From positions 16,312-80,311 of the IMG/VR virus record IMGVR_UViG_3300013307_000018: 64,000 nucleotides of DNA; one strand, written 5' to 3'. Positions 26,895 through 35,798 of this stretch are shown piece by piece. Source of the stretch: a virus. Taxonomy: Duplodnaviria > Heunggongvirae > Uroviricota > Caudoviricetes. Under the pieces are notes generated by a model. The model saw only the letters and a list, made by a program, of their open reading frames with translations, was not told the origin of the DNA and made no database searches. Position 1 is the stretch's first letter; each line of letters starts with the position of its first letter. Both the position numbers and the translations under genes were made by a program.

Positions 26895-26957
26895 CGTCTC
26901 CCTCTCTGAGTTTACTGGTTTCGCATACTGTCTGCGTTCCAGACAGTGATGAAATTT

Positions 26958-27407
26958 TTAGTAATTATTCATTAACATTTCATGGGTATCAAAAATTTCA
27001 TCATAAAAGGCGATATTTTTTAAAAATGTTATTGCTGCTTCTCGATCCTTAAAACGCATAATTTTATCCCCATCATCACATCCTACAAATATAACGAGAA
27101 ATTTGTTCTCATTGAAGTTTTTGATGTAGTCATCGCGATAAATCTCATGGCGCAATTTCTGTTCTTCTCTTGCTTTTTTATCTAATGACTCCTGCATAAA
27201 GAACTGTTCTTCATTACTTCGCCATTCATCATTGACATTGTGCTGAAAACACGGTACTACTCGATTATACTCGCGTTCGGGATGGAGGTTTTCACATGAG
27301 TAATATGAAATAGCACCAAAGTGCTCATCAAGTACTGGAAGATATCCTAATAATTCAGAATTAGAAAAATGTAAATCCCATACCGTAGTAGCTTTATCAT
27401 GTATCAT
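26958..27407 (-). CDS. hypothetical protein (149 aa) in AT-rich island
   Basis: Local GC about 25-30% versus about 50% around it. Confidence 0.5.
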   Translation of the reverse strand: MIHDKATTVWDLHFSNSELLGYLPVLDEHFGAISYYSCENLHPEREYNRVVPCFQHNVNDEWRSNEEQFFMQESLDKKAREEQKLRHEIYRDDYIKNFNENKFLVIFVGCDDGDKIMRFKDREAAITFLKNIAFYDEIFDTHEMLMNNY

Positions 27408-27555
27408 TTTTTATTCTCTTTCGTGCAGGGTCAGTTCATCGCAGACACAGAGGCTTACTTTACGCAAAGAACAATCACACCATCCATGATTTTGAAATAC
27501 GTGAGTTGATGCACGTATACCTCCTTTAACTACACCATGTCTGGCGTATGTAAGA

Positions 27556-27582
27556 AAATAAAAAAGGAGGCCGAAGCCTCCT
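27556..27582 (-). terminator. intrinsic terminator, UUCG tetraloop
   Basis: plus aaataaaaa-AGGAGGC-cgaa-GCCTCCT. Confidence 0.6.
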
Positions 27583-27589
27583 TGCGCAG

Positions 27590-27961
27590 TTATTTGCTCA
27601 CAGCATCAGCTGGGGCAGCATCAAGGGCCGTAATCACATCCAGGCTATCCATCGCTTGCCGTGCTTCATCACACAGGGCTTCCATCTGTTTGATTACCAA
27701 CTGCATCGTCTGGTAACGGGCAATACGCACCCGGTTATCCGGCGTATCCAGCAACAGTGACCAACCATAACGGGTGGAGAAACGTCCTTCCAACCCAGAC
27801 AAGTCGAAGTCCCAGTCCCCGTGTTCGGTCAGCACCACGTTCGTGGCCGTATGGGCATAGTTTTCTACCGGGATATGTTCACCCGACTTTGAAAAAGCAA
27901 GATGCATGTTGTAGATGAACGATTTGCCTTCGAGTGAAGACGGGGTGTGTTGTTCTGACAT
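27590..27961 (-). CDS. hypothetical protein (123 aa)
   Basis: GGAAGG SD. Confidence 0.5.
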   Translation of the reverse strand: MSEQHTPSSLEGKSFIYNMHLAFSKSGEHIPVENYAHTATNVVLTEHGDWDFDLSGLEGRFSTRYGWSLLLDTPDNRVRIARYQTMQLVIKQMEALCDEARQAMDSLDVITALDAAPADAVSK

Positions 27962-27982
27962 GGGTTGTGACCTTCCGATAGA

Positions 27983-28660
27983 TTAGTTAGTGTAAAGCTG
28001 TGCGCAGCTGACGTGAGCCAACAAACACTGTGGGAGATACATGTGCTGTATCCCTTTTGCAAGGGACGTGTACAGTCGGTCTTGCATCACATACTGGGCG
28101 TTACGCTGAAGGAATGCCATACCGCGCACGTTCACTTTAGGTCCTACTTCTGCTTCGAGTCCCTGATAAACATCCACGTCAAAGAACACGGTTGCATACA
28201 GCTGGTCAGCATCCCGAAGTGAGTATTGCCAAGCGTCAAGGTTTTCTGGCATGGGGTGGGCAAAGTCGTATTCTGTTGCCTCCACTGCTTTTCGAATACG
28301 TACATCAGCATCCGCCGCATTCACTACAGGTAATGCAAAGAACCCTTCTTCTTCAGCCTGGGCCAACGAGTGGGCAATATTCACGGCATCCGGTTGTTGG
28401 TTGATATACCGGAAGTCATGAATGAACGCCGCCAACACCGTTATACGTTCACCGCCAGTGAGGTAATAGCCCAGGAACGCCACTCCAATCAAATGGCGGG
28501 TGTTGTGGTATGTTTCTGGACCCATGTGTGGTGGGGTGTTGTGTTCAATCAACCACTCCAGCACCGACCGGTATTCGTCGCAGAACACGTGAAAATAGTG
28601 CAGCATGTCTGGGTCGCGTTCCAGCGGCTTTAAGAGGGAAGCTAAAATGTTATCAAGCAT
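27983..28660 (-). CDS. HD-domain phosphohydrolase-like protein (225 aa)
   Basis: YHNTRH ... AAFIHDF His/His-Asp arrangement. Confidence 0.55.
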   Translation of the reverse strand: MLDNILASLLKPLERDPDMLHYFHVFCDEYRSVLEWLIEHNTPPHMGPETYHNTRHLIGVAFLGYYLTGGERITVLAAFIHDFRYINQQPDAVNIAHSLAQAEEEGFFALPVVNAADADVRIRKAVEATEYDFAHPMPENLDAWQYSLRDADQLYATVFFDVDVYQGLEAEVGPKVNVRGMAFLQRNAQYVMQDRLYTSLAKGIQHMYLPQCLLAHVSCAQLYTN

Positions 28661-28684
28661 TGTGTTGATTCCTGTAGTGTACAG

Positions 28685-29533
28685 TCACACCGTGAAAGGA
28701 TACTTGATAGGCTCCAATGCCACGTAGTTGTCAATACGGACATCATCACCTGTCATGGTTTCAATATCAGCCAGGGTTTGAATACGTGGGTCAATCCAAA
28801 GTGTTGCGTTGGACTCCAACGGTTCACGAGCCATCTGAGTGCGGAAGGCATCCATCTGATTCTCATACACGTGACAATTCACGAGTTTATGAAATACCTT
28901 ACCCGGTTTGTGTCCGGTGATACGTGCCATGAGCGCCAAGAAGAAATAGCACTGTACCATGTTGGCGACCAGACCCAGACCGTAATCGATACTGCGTTGA
29001 AATGAATTCAGGTACAGTACGCCGTCGAGTAAAGAAAAGTGATGGGTGTGCATGCACGGACGCAGACAACCTTCACCGAACTCACCTGGGTTCCAGAACG
29101 TGATGATTTCACCACGGTCATCAATACCCTTACTCAAGTTGTCAATGACTTTCTTAAGTTGGTCGAAGTGCTCACCTTTGGCATTAATCCAGTCACGTCC
29201 TTGTACGCCATACACCCGCCCCATGTCATCTTCCCCTTTACGGTTCGGATTGTTGAGCCAGGCTTTATTTTCATTGGCGTTGGCGTTCCATGTATTAGAA
29301 CCAATTGCACGGAAGTCTGCAGCGCTGGACAAGCCTTGCATGTACCCAATGAACTCTGACAGACCACCTTTATACGGTACACGACGCGTAGTCACGACTG
29401 GGAGTTCACCCGCACCCACGTCGTAGACCAAGTCATGGTTAATCACGGTCAGACAGCGCACGCCTGTACGTGGATTCGTGACCCACGTACCTTCATCACG
29501 GATACGCTTACCCAAATCTAAATATTGTTTCAT
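28685..29533 (-). CDS. thyA: thymidylate synthase family protein (ThyA / dUMP hydroxymethylase-like)
   Basis: [34 protein letters not shown] catalytic Cys, [20 protein letters not shown]; collinear with E. coli ThyA; start at internal ATG 29533. Confidence 0.8.
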   Translation of the reverse strand: MKQYLDLGKRIRDEGTWVTNPRTGVRCLTVINHDLVYDVGAGELPVVTTRRVPYKGGLSEFIGYMQGLSSAADFRAIGSNTWNANANENKAWLNNPNRKGEDDMGRVYGVQGRDWINAKGEHFDQLKKVIDNLSKGIDDRGEIITFWNPGEFGEGCLRPCMHTHHFSLLDGVLYLNSFQRSIDYGLGLVANMVQCYFFLALMARITGHKPGKVFHKLVNCHVYENQMDAFRTQMAREPLESNATLWIDPRIQTLADIETMTGDDVRIDNYVALEPIKYPFTV

Positions 29534-29537
29534 GCTA

Positions 29538-30179
29538 TTATTTCTCGTTCGTTGATAGGGAGTCTGTTGTTCCCATTTCTTGTGTTTCACGGGCCAGCAG
29601 AATCATGGCTTCTTCCTGCTCGTACCGTTTGGCATTGATTGTGATATCATTGAGCGTCATGCCGAGGGCGTTACGGTTACGTTCGAGTAGCTCTGCTGCT
29701 TGTTGTTGTAGGTCTGCGTCCCCTCTGGTCAACACTTTCAATGACAACCATTTCTCGACGAGGTAAATACGGGCAAACCCGGGTGCAAAGGCCACGATAG
29801 TGGTAGAGTTCGCGATGAGGTCAGCGAGCTTGATGGTCTGGGCCTCAGCCGGCGCTTGTGCGGTGTGGAGGCGGTCGAGGGTACGACGCACCACACGCGG
29901 ACCGTCGTTCGGTTTAGACACATCAGTTAACCAGTCCACTAAATCCGCAACCGTATTGCCAAACAAATCCCGGATAGTGTCGAGCTTGATGGGGGTGTCT
30001 TCCACGACGTCGTGCAGCCAAGCTGCCGCAATCATCTCGGGTGTCCCACCGTGGGCCGCCACAATGTGTGCGACCTCTTCAGGATGTGTCCAGTAGGGTT
30101 CACCCGTGTAGTTACGTTTTTGTTCGCAGGCCTCGTGTGCTGCGATAGCAAAGGCTTTTGCCCGTTCGATGATGTTCAT
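29538..30179 (-). CDS. small alarmone hydrolase (Mesh1/SpoT-type HD (p)ppGpp hydrolase domain)
   Basis: [27 protein letters not shown] and [11 protein letters not shown], the canonical RelA/SpoT hydrolase HD signatures. Confidence 0.75.
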   Translation of the reverse strand: MNIIERAKAFAIAAHEACEQKRNYTGEPYWTHPEEVAHIVAAHGGTPEMIAAAWLHDVVEDTPIKLDTIRDLFGNTVADLVDWLTDVSKPNDGPRVVRRTLDRLHTAQAPAEAQTIKLADLIANSTTIVAFAPGFARIYLVEKWLSLKVLTRGDADLQQQAAELLERNRNALGMTLNDITINAKRYEQEEAMILLARETQEMGTTDSLSTNEK

Positions 30180-30628
30180 TATGCAACCCCTTTGAGTTCT
30201 TTTGATTTGGTGTGGCGTGTACCCTGGCGGGTTATTTCATATTCGCCATGCTTTGCCTGGTAACGCAACGGATGCTTGACGATTTCCCACTGGGAGTCAT
30301 CGGTAGGGTGTTGTCCCAATAATGCCATGGCACGCGGGATGTGATACTCCACGATGTTCAGGGTGTATTCTCGCTCACCGCTGCGCACTACGGATGCAAG
30401 GTACAAATGCCGCCCTGGGGGTTGATACAGTGCAAGCAAGGCGTCATAGTCCAGGCACTCCAGGTTATCCCCTTTCAGCACCGGATACAGGCCATAGTCA
30501 TCAATGGGATGCGGCGTTCCAAATTCGAGTTCATCCATCAATAACTGTGCCACAATCCGAGCACGGTAGCGTTGAGGAATCTCAAACAGAATGGGTTTAC
30601 TGAATGTGAGTAATGTTTCTACAGACAT
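30179..30628 (-). CDS. hypothetical protein (149 aa)
   Basis: TAATG coupling to hydrolase gene. Confidence 0.5.
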   Translation of the reverse strand: MSVETLLTFSKPILFEIPQRYRARIVAQLLMDELEFGTPHPIDDYGLYPVLKGDNLECLDYDALLALYQPPGRHLYLASVVRSGEREYTLNIVEYHIPRAMALLGQHPTDDSQWEIVKHPLRYQAKHGEYEITRQGTRHTKSKELKGVA

Positions 30629-30642
30629 GGTGAATTTTCCTT

Positions 30643-31107
30643 TTACCCTAAAGTAATAAAATCAGGTACGGTAGATAAATCCATAATCAGTCCACGAGAG
30701 GTCATATGCGTAAAAACATCTTCTATGTACTGAATTTCGTCAGGTGTTTTATCACGTAGCTTCCACCGTTTAAACTGGGGTTCGAATGAGGTCTTGTGAA
30801 GAGTTGGAAAAGCCTCAGTATAAATACGCCTGGAATTTATTTCGTCTCGCACTGTGTCATACCCTTTTACCATGTCAGCATCACAGGGTATAAACCCGGT
30901 ATTCTGCCATTGTTTATCTTTAAAGGGCACTGCTTGGTCAGTATTCAGGGCGATGACCCGGGAAATATACTGAGCCATGCTTTCTTTCGAATAGCCGAGA
31001 AAGATACCGACCAAAATATTTTCATAGAAGCGAACATGCAGTCTTAATTTATCCAAGCGATGTAAGACATCGCCAGCCGCATTAAGATTAGGTTTATTAT
31101 TTCCCAT
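30643..31107 (-). CDS. hypothetical protein (154 aa), reduced-GC island
   Basis: Local GC about 38-40%. Confidence 0.5.
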   Translation of the reverse strand: MGNNKPNLNAAGDVLHRLDKLRLHVRFYENILVGIFLGYSKESMAQYISRVIALNTDQAVPFKDKQWQNTGFIPCDADMVKGYDTVRDEINSRRIYTEAFPTLHKTSFEPQFKRWKLRDKTPDEIQYIEDVFTHMTSRGLIMDLSTVPDFITLG

Positions 31108-31108
31108 T

Positions 31109-31366
31109 TTACACCTTGTAATAGTCCCGCAGCAGTATCCCTATCGCATCGGCATGCAACCAATGGGTTGGGTAGAGATAGTCGTTGAACTGTGCGTAGA
31201 GTTTATCACACCGAAGTATCAGTCGTTTCTTTTCCGCGATACGGGCATCACCTAAAGGCGGTCGGGTAAAGCCGACATCCCCAAACGCAATATCCCACCG
31301 GTCTTCCAGGCGGTCGAGCAGATACTGAAACTCCGGACTTATTTGGTCATGTTTTGCAGTCGCCAT
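31109..31366 (-). CDS. hypothetical protein (~85 aa)
   Basis: Internal ATG (MATAKHDQ); ORF track start at 31417 is a GTG. Confidence 0.4.
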   Translation of the reverse strand: MATAKHDQISPEFQYLLDRLEDRWDIAFGDVGFTRPPLGDARIAEKKRLILRCDKLYAQFNDYLYPTHWLHADAIGILLRDYYKV

Positions 31367-31519
31367 CTGATATATCGCCTCTGTAATTTTAATCCCAGAC
31401 GACGAATGTACAACCACAACAACAGTGCGTCAATGTGCCACATACGCCACCTCCTATGGAAACACACCATAGGACGACAGCATAACTGGGAGTCCGAAGA
31501 CTCCCAGGGCACAGGTCTT

Positions 31520-32479
31520 TTATTTTGCAGGCGACGCGTTCGGGAACAACGTGTTCGTTGGAATGAACGGTACTGCACCACCCGGTATCATGGTGGTTGG
31601 TAGCACGCCTTTCCATTGCTTCGCAAACAAATACTGGATGTAGTTCGGTGAACTGGATAACGCTTCCTGTACGGCGCGGGTTGCAGCGGCTTCAGCTTCA
31701 CCTTGCTTCATGGTTGCGTAAGCGGCAGCATCTGCAGCGGTACGTTGAGCGTATGCCTCAGCGTCTGCCTTGTTGCGTTGGATATCGTTGTTCACCATCT
31801 CTTTCTGTTTGGTGAACCCCCGCTGTTTGATTTCAACTTCCTCTTTCTGCGTGGCTTCAATTTTCTCTTCATAAGAACTTTCAAATGCCACGTCTTTTAA
31901 GTTAACCCCTTCCAGCACCAACATCGACCCGAGTTCCTTCGACAGATGTTGCATGATGTCAGCACTCACCGCTGTACGCTTTTGAATCAACAACGGTGCT
32001 GTAAAGAGACCAAACACGTCTTTTACCGCCGAGGGGATTTTCTGTGTGGCGAGCTGGGCAACCATGTTATCCGAGGTCCGGTATTGCTTGTAGACTTGCT
32101 CAACCGAGGCTGGGTTAATGTGGTAGTTAATCGAGATATCGATGGTGACCGTTTGTAAATCACTGGAGTATGACGACAGTTTCCCAGTAGGGTTGTAGGC
32201 AAACGAGCGCAGTGAGATATAGTGAACATCATCGATATAAGGCCATTTCAGACTTAAGCCCGGTTCTGCTGTTCCGACGACTTTACCATTGCGGGTAATG
32301 ACGCCACGCTCACCTTCATCCACGGTGTACACAGCTTTGAACAAAGCAACAATAACCACCAGGGTCAGCAACAACAACGCACCCAACCCAAAGATACGTT
32401 TAACAAGCTTGACAGCATTTTCACGTTCAGTGGCAGCTTCGCCTGTTACGTTAATGCCATTACCACGAAAATCATTCAT
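31520..32479 (-). CDS. SPFH/band-7 (prohibitin/HflC-like) membrane protein
   Basis: N-terminal TM helix then TVDEGERGVITRNGKV...GLSLKWPYIDDV SPFH core; C-terminal Ala/Glu-rich coiled coil. Confidence 0.7.
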   Translation of the reverse strand: MNDFRGNGINVTGEAATERENAVKLVKRIFGLGALLLLTLVVIVALFKAVYTVDEGERGVITRNGKVVGTAEPGLSLKWPYIDDVHYISLRSFAYNPTGKLSSYSSDLQTVTIDISINYHINPASVEQVYKQYRTSDNMVAQLATQKIPSAVKDVFGLFTAPLLIQKRTAVSADIMQHLSKELGSMLVLEGVNLKDVAFESSYEEKIEATQKEEVEIKQRGFTKQKEMVNNDIQRNKADAEAYAQRTAADAAAYATMKQGEAEAAATRAVQEALSSSPNYIQYLFAKQWKGVLPTTMIPGGAVPFIPTNTLFPNASPAK

Positions 32480-32540
32480 TTATTGTCTTTTTCCTATAAG
32501 TGTTAGGGGGTTACCAAAACATGGGTCAACAAAATAAAAA

Positions 32541-32566
32541 AATAAAGGAGACCCACAGGCCTCCTT
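32541..32566 (-). terminator. intrinsic terminator
   Basis: plus aaaataaaaaaataa-AGGAGACC-caca-GGCCTCCT. Confidence 0.5.
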
Positions 32567-32577
32567 TTAACCTACGA

Positions 32578-33702
32578 TTACTGATTGAAGCCAAACGTAC
32601 GGTTTTTACGTACTTCAACATCATCATCGTTAATACTTAACGCATCCGCTAGAGGAACGCCGTTGGTAAAGCCTGCCATGTCTACTGGTGGTAAGTCCAT
32701 GGCGTCACGCAGTGCCGTGGCTTCTTCCACCGTGAGGTTACGGAATTCCAGTACCTGGAACAACCGCCCGCGACGCAGCAGCGCGGAATCAATCTTGGCG
32801 GTGGTACTGAGGTTGGTTGAAATAAAGAACTTGGTATCGGTGGCAGCAACCCCGCTGGTCGCGTTCAACAACGTAGACATTTCCTTATTGCCGTTGTCAC
32901 GTTTTTCCAACATCATGTCCGAGTCTTCCGTGAGCATCACTGACCCACTAGGCAAGTCACGGACCCGTTCCATGAAACTACGGTGCCCTATGGTGGTAAC
33001 ACTGTCCGCCATAAAGGTATCGGGTTCACCCGACACACCACGTGCTAACATCACGTTGCGCAAGAACGACGATTTGCCGGTACCTGGCCCACCAATAAGA
33101 ATCGTGACGTTGTTAGCCGATGCTTTGAACGCGTCCCAGAATTCTTCTGGGGTTTGTTTTAGATACGGATACGCCAGCGCAAAATGTTTGAGTGGGACAA
33201 ACGGTGGTGGAACAATGGTTTTGTCACGCAGTGTATCGCGCTCATCCACATAGAAGCGTTGGAAGCTCTCAGGGATAGGACCCTCCCGTTCCTGCAGGCA
33301 CGCTTTCAGGGCTTCAATTAATGGCTCATAGCCGAACCATCGCATGGCAACGTAGTTAGGTGCCGCGCGCTGGTACGCCCCGATTGCCATGATTTCTGAG
33401 TCAGTCACCACAAGGTAATGATGTTGCAGTTTGATGAGTTTCAGGTCCCAGGTCGGGAAAATACCGTTGCGATATTCGTCCACGAGTTCCGGCATGTATG
33501 TTTCGGGCTTTGTCTGGTATTTCAACCAATGACTGTGTGTGTACTGGGCAGAGTCCACACCACGCTCCATGAAAAATAATCGGGCCGCATCGCGCAAGAT
33601 GAGATCGGGATTGCTTTGTTTGGCGAGGGATTGATAGATTTCACTCAAACGGGCGAGTTTGGCGTTTAAAGGGCGGGCAGTGGTCGGTAATTCAAATTGC
33701 AT
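32578..33702 (-). CDS. AAA+ ATPase (374 aa), paralog of 8561..9988
   Basis: Walker A IGGPGTGKSS; ALLRRGRLF; shared C-terminal FGF end. Confidence 0.8.
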   Translation of the reverse strand: MQFELPTTARPLNAKLARLSEIYQSLAKQSNPDLILRDAARLFFMERGVDSAQYTHSHWLKYQTKPETYMPELVDEYRNGIFPTWDLKLIKLQHHYLVVTDSEIMAIGAYQRAAPNYVAMRWFGYEPLIEALKACLQEREGPIPESFQRFYVDERDTLRDKTIVPPPFVPLKHFALAYPYLKQTPEEFWDAFKASANNVTILIGGPGTGKSSFLRNVMLARGVSGEPDTFMADSVTTIGHRSFMERVRDLPSGSVMLTEDSDMMLEKRDNGNKEMSTLLNATSGVAATDTKFFISTNLSTTAKIDSALLRRGRLFQVLEFRNLTVEEATALRDAMDLPPVDMAGFTNGVPLADALSINDDDVEVRKNRTFGFNQ

Positions 33703-33726
33703 TAGTTACTCCAGTAGTAATGATTA

Positions 33727-34068
33727 TCAGGACTGAACAGTACGGCCGCGTTTTACCACCGGCAACGGTTCAGTAATCGGTTTGATGGATTCAATTTGAC
33801 GCCAGGTAAAGGCGTCCATTTGCAACAGATGGCGGTCCAGGGCATGTTGCAGGTTCAGCCAGAACTCCGGTGTCGTACCGAAGTAGTTACCTAACCGCAC
33901 GGCCACTTCATAGGTCACCCGACCTTTGCCACGTAACAGGGGACTGATACTGCCTTCAGGTAAACCGGTAGCCTCAGCCAAGGCACGGTTACTGATATTC
34001 AATGGCTTCATGTACTCTTCGCGGAGTATTTCACCGGGGGTTGCAGGACGGCGGGATACCGTGTTCAT
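33727..34068 (-). CDS. HigA/VapI-type antitoxin-like XRE-family HTH protein
   Basis: PGEILREEYMKPLNIS...LA...GKGRVT...A.RLGNYFGTTPEFWLNLQ matches HigA antidote family (cf. Rts1 HigA HPGEMIARDL...GSTPEFWLRLQ). Confidence 0.75.
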   Translation of the reverse strand: MNTVSRRPATPGEILREEYMKPLNISNRALAEATGLPEGSISPLLRGKGRVTYEVAVRLGNYFGTTPEFWLNLQHALDRHLLQMDAFTWRQIESIKPITEPLPVVKRGRTVQS

Positions 34069-34108
34069 TTACTTCTCCAAATCAATGGTGGTGAGTGGCC
34101 CAAAGAAC

Positions 34109-34600
34109 TTAACCAAACCTGAGACGACGGCAAGGCTCATAGTGACTTCCCCATTCAAATACTAAACGAGTGACGTACTTTTTGTACGGCTTTACGGGCT
34201 CTGCGATAACCCGAGGCATTGTCCAACCCAACGACCGAGGAAAGCGTTGGTTGAGCAAGTTATGGGCAATCACCGTGAGTTGCGCGTTGATTTCAGAATA
34301 CGAGTGCGGTGTGTCACAAACACCCCTGACTTGGCTGCGCGGATATACAGCGGTGGGGATAACCTCATACCGCAGTAAGAATCGCTTTGCATCTTCATCG
34401 TAGCGCGTTTTAAACTGAATCTTACCTAACCCATCGTAGATGCCTACACGGTCTTCAATCTCAAAGCGCCCGTTACCCTGATTCACAAACAGAATCTGGT
34501 CCATGTGTCGGGTGATTTCCAGTCGCATCTTTTCCCAATCAGTGGCGAGGGTACACGCAATGTCTCGGACAAAGTTGTCCCCAAGCGGTAAGGTAGCCAT
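34109..34600 (-). CDS. hypothetical protein (163 aa), immediately upstream of HigA-like gene
   Basis: AGAGGAAA SD; no RelE/HigB similarity noticed. Confidence 0.55.
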   Translation of the reverse strand: MATLPLGDNFVRDIACTLATDWEKMRLEITRHMDQILFVNQGNGRFEIEDRVGIYDGLGKIQFKTRYDEDAKRFLLRYEVIPTAVYPRSQVRGVCDTPHSYSEINAQLTVIAHNLLNQRFPRSLGWTMPRVIAEPVKPYKKYVTRLVFEWGSHYEPCRRLRFG

Positions 34601-34620
34601 GAGACTTTCCTCTTTAACAA

Positions 34621-34646
34621 ATAAAAAAGGGAGCCGAAGCTCCCTG
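34621..34646 (-). terminator. intrinsic terminator, UUCG tetraloop
   Basis: plus aaataaaaaa-GGGAGC-cgaa-GCTCCC. Confidence 0.65.
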
Positions 34647-34654
34647 GGTATGAA

Positions 34655-35050
34655 TCAGCTTGCCTCAAAATGACGGACCGGCCTTTTCAGGTGAGTGATG
34701 AGATAACGCTTCGCCTGACGGTAATGACGACAGGTCGCCTCGCCTTCCAGGTAGTAGTTACCTTGTGGCAGGATTTGACCGAGCTGCGCCATGGGGATGG
34801 AGAACGTAATCCAATCCGGTGTGCGGTCCGCTGGAACGATTTGAGCCACTTCAACGAAGGCGCACTGCACACCCTCTTTGTTAGCGACCATCATCTTACC
34901 CAACGTCAAATCCCCGAAGTCCGGTGCACCTGCTGCAATGATTGCCCGACGCATCAGTTCCGTCACGCTTGGGAGTTTGGATGGCAACACCGACAAAATC
35001 TGCCCGGTGTAGTCCACAAACCCTTTAAGCTCTTTTTCTTTCTTTGCCAT
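34655..35050 (-). CDS. hypothetical protein (131 aa)
   Basis: ORF track. Confidence 0.5.
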   Translation of the reverse strand: MAKKEKELKGFVDYTGQILSVLPSKLPSVTELMRRAIIAAGAPDFGDLTLGKMMVANKEGVQCAFVEVAQIVPADRTPDWITFSIPMAQLGQILPQGNYYLEGEATCRHYRQAKRYLITHLKRPVRHFEAS

Positions 35051-35064
35051 GATTGTTTGATCCG

Positions 35065-35562
35065 TTAATAAGGGAGGTCGAGCCAGTCGTCGTCTTCTGG
35101 CTCTGCGTCATCATCGACTTCATCGATACCGTCATCAAACACCGAGAGTTCAGACAACAAATCTTCTTCGTTGTCTTCAAACTCACCAAACACCAATACC
35201 GCAAGGTTCATGATGAACTGGGCAGTCGGGTCCAACATATCGGCCTGCAGTGTTGTCTCATCGACTTCACGTTGTGCAATACGTTGCAGTTCGAGTATTT
35301 GGGTGTGAAGGTCACTGATGGTGCCTTCCTCAGCCGACTGGTGGTGAACCGCGTAGTCATAGGCGAATTCACTGAAGTGTTCGAAGTCGTTGCCCGATAC
35401 GTGTGTTAAGTCCAAACCCATTGCGTCAACCGCTTCACTGAGTGACTCCAGTAAGGCTTCCAGGGCTTCTGGGTCGAACTGCTTACCTTGACGGGTATAC
35501 AGGTCGTACAGGTGTTCCTGGGCTGCTGACAGATGACGCATCACTTCCGTTTTGTTGTACAT
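35065..35562 (-). CDS. highly acidic protein (165 aa) with SSB-Ct-like tail
   Basis: Asp/Glu-rich throughout; C-terminus DDGIDEVDDDAEPEDDDWLDLPY. Confidence 0.55.
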   Translation of the reverse strand: MYNKTEVMRHLSAAQEHLYDLYTRQGKQFDPEALEALLESLSEAVDAMGLDLTHVSGNDFEHFSEFAYDYAVHHQSAEEGTISDLHTQILELQRIAQREVDETTLQADMLDPTAQFIMNLAVLVFGEFEDNEEDLLSELSVFDDGIDEVDDDAEPEDDDWLDLPY

Positions 35563-35570
35563 GGGTTTCT

Positions 35571-35783
35571 TTACTCCGGTTTGTTTTTGACGAATTTCTG
35601 CAGGTTCCCTGCAACCAGGGATTCTACGCTGATGGTGGCATTACTTTCTGTGGTCTCAGGGACGTTGAGTTCACGAAAGCGACGTTCGAACGAATGGCGA
35701 GCCGGGTAGGTCTCTTCGTTCAAGTTCGGGTCTTTCTGAGCAGCCATTAATAGACGCTCTTGAAAGGTGAGTTTACGGGTCAT
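35571..35783 (-). CDS. hypothetical protein (70 aa)
   Basis: CGGAGTA SD. Confidence 0.4.
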   Translation of the reverse strand: MTRKLTFQERLLMAAQKDPNLNEETYPARHSFERRFRELNVPETTESNATISVESLVAGNLQKFVKNKPE

Positions 35784-35798
35784 GTTGTGGTACTCCGG

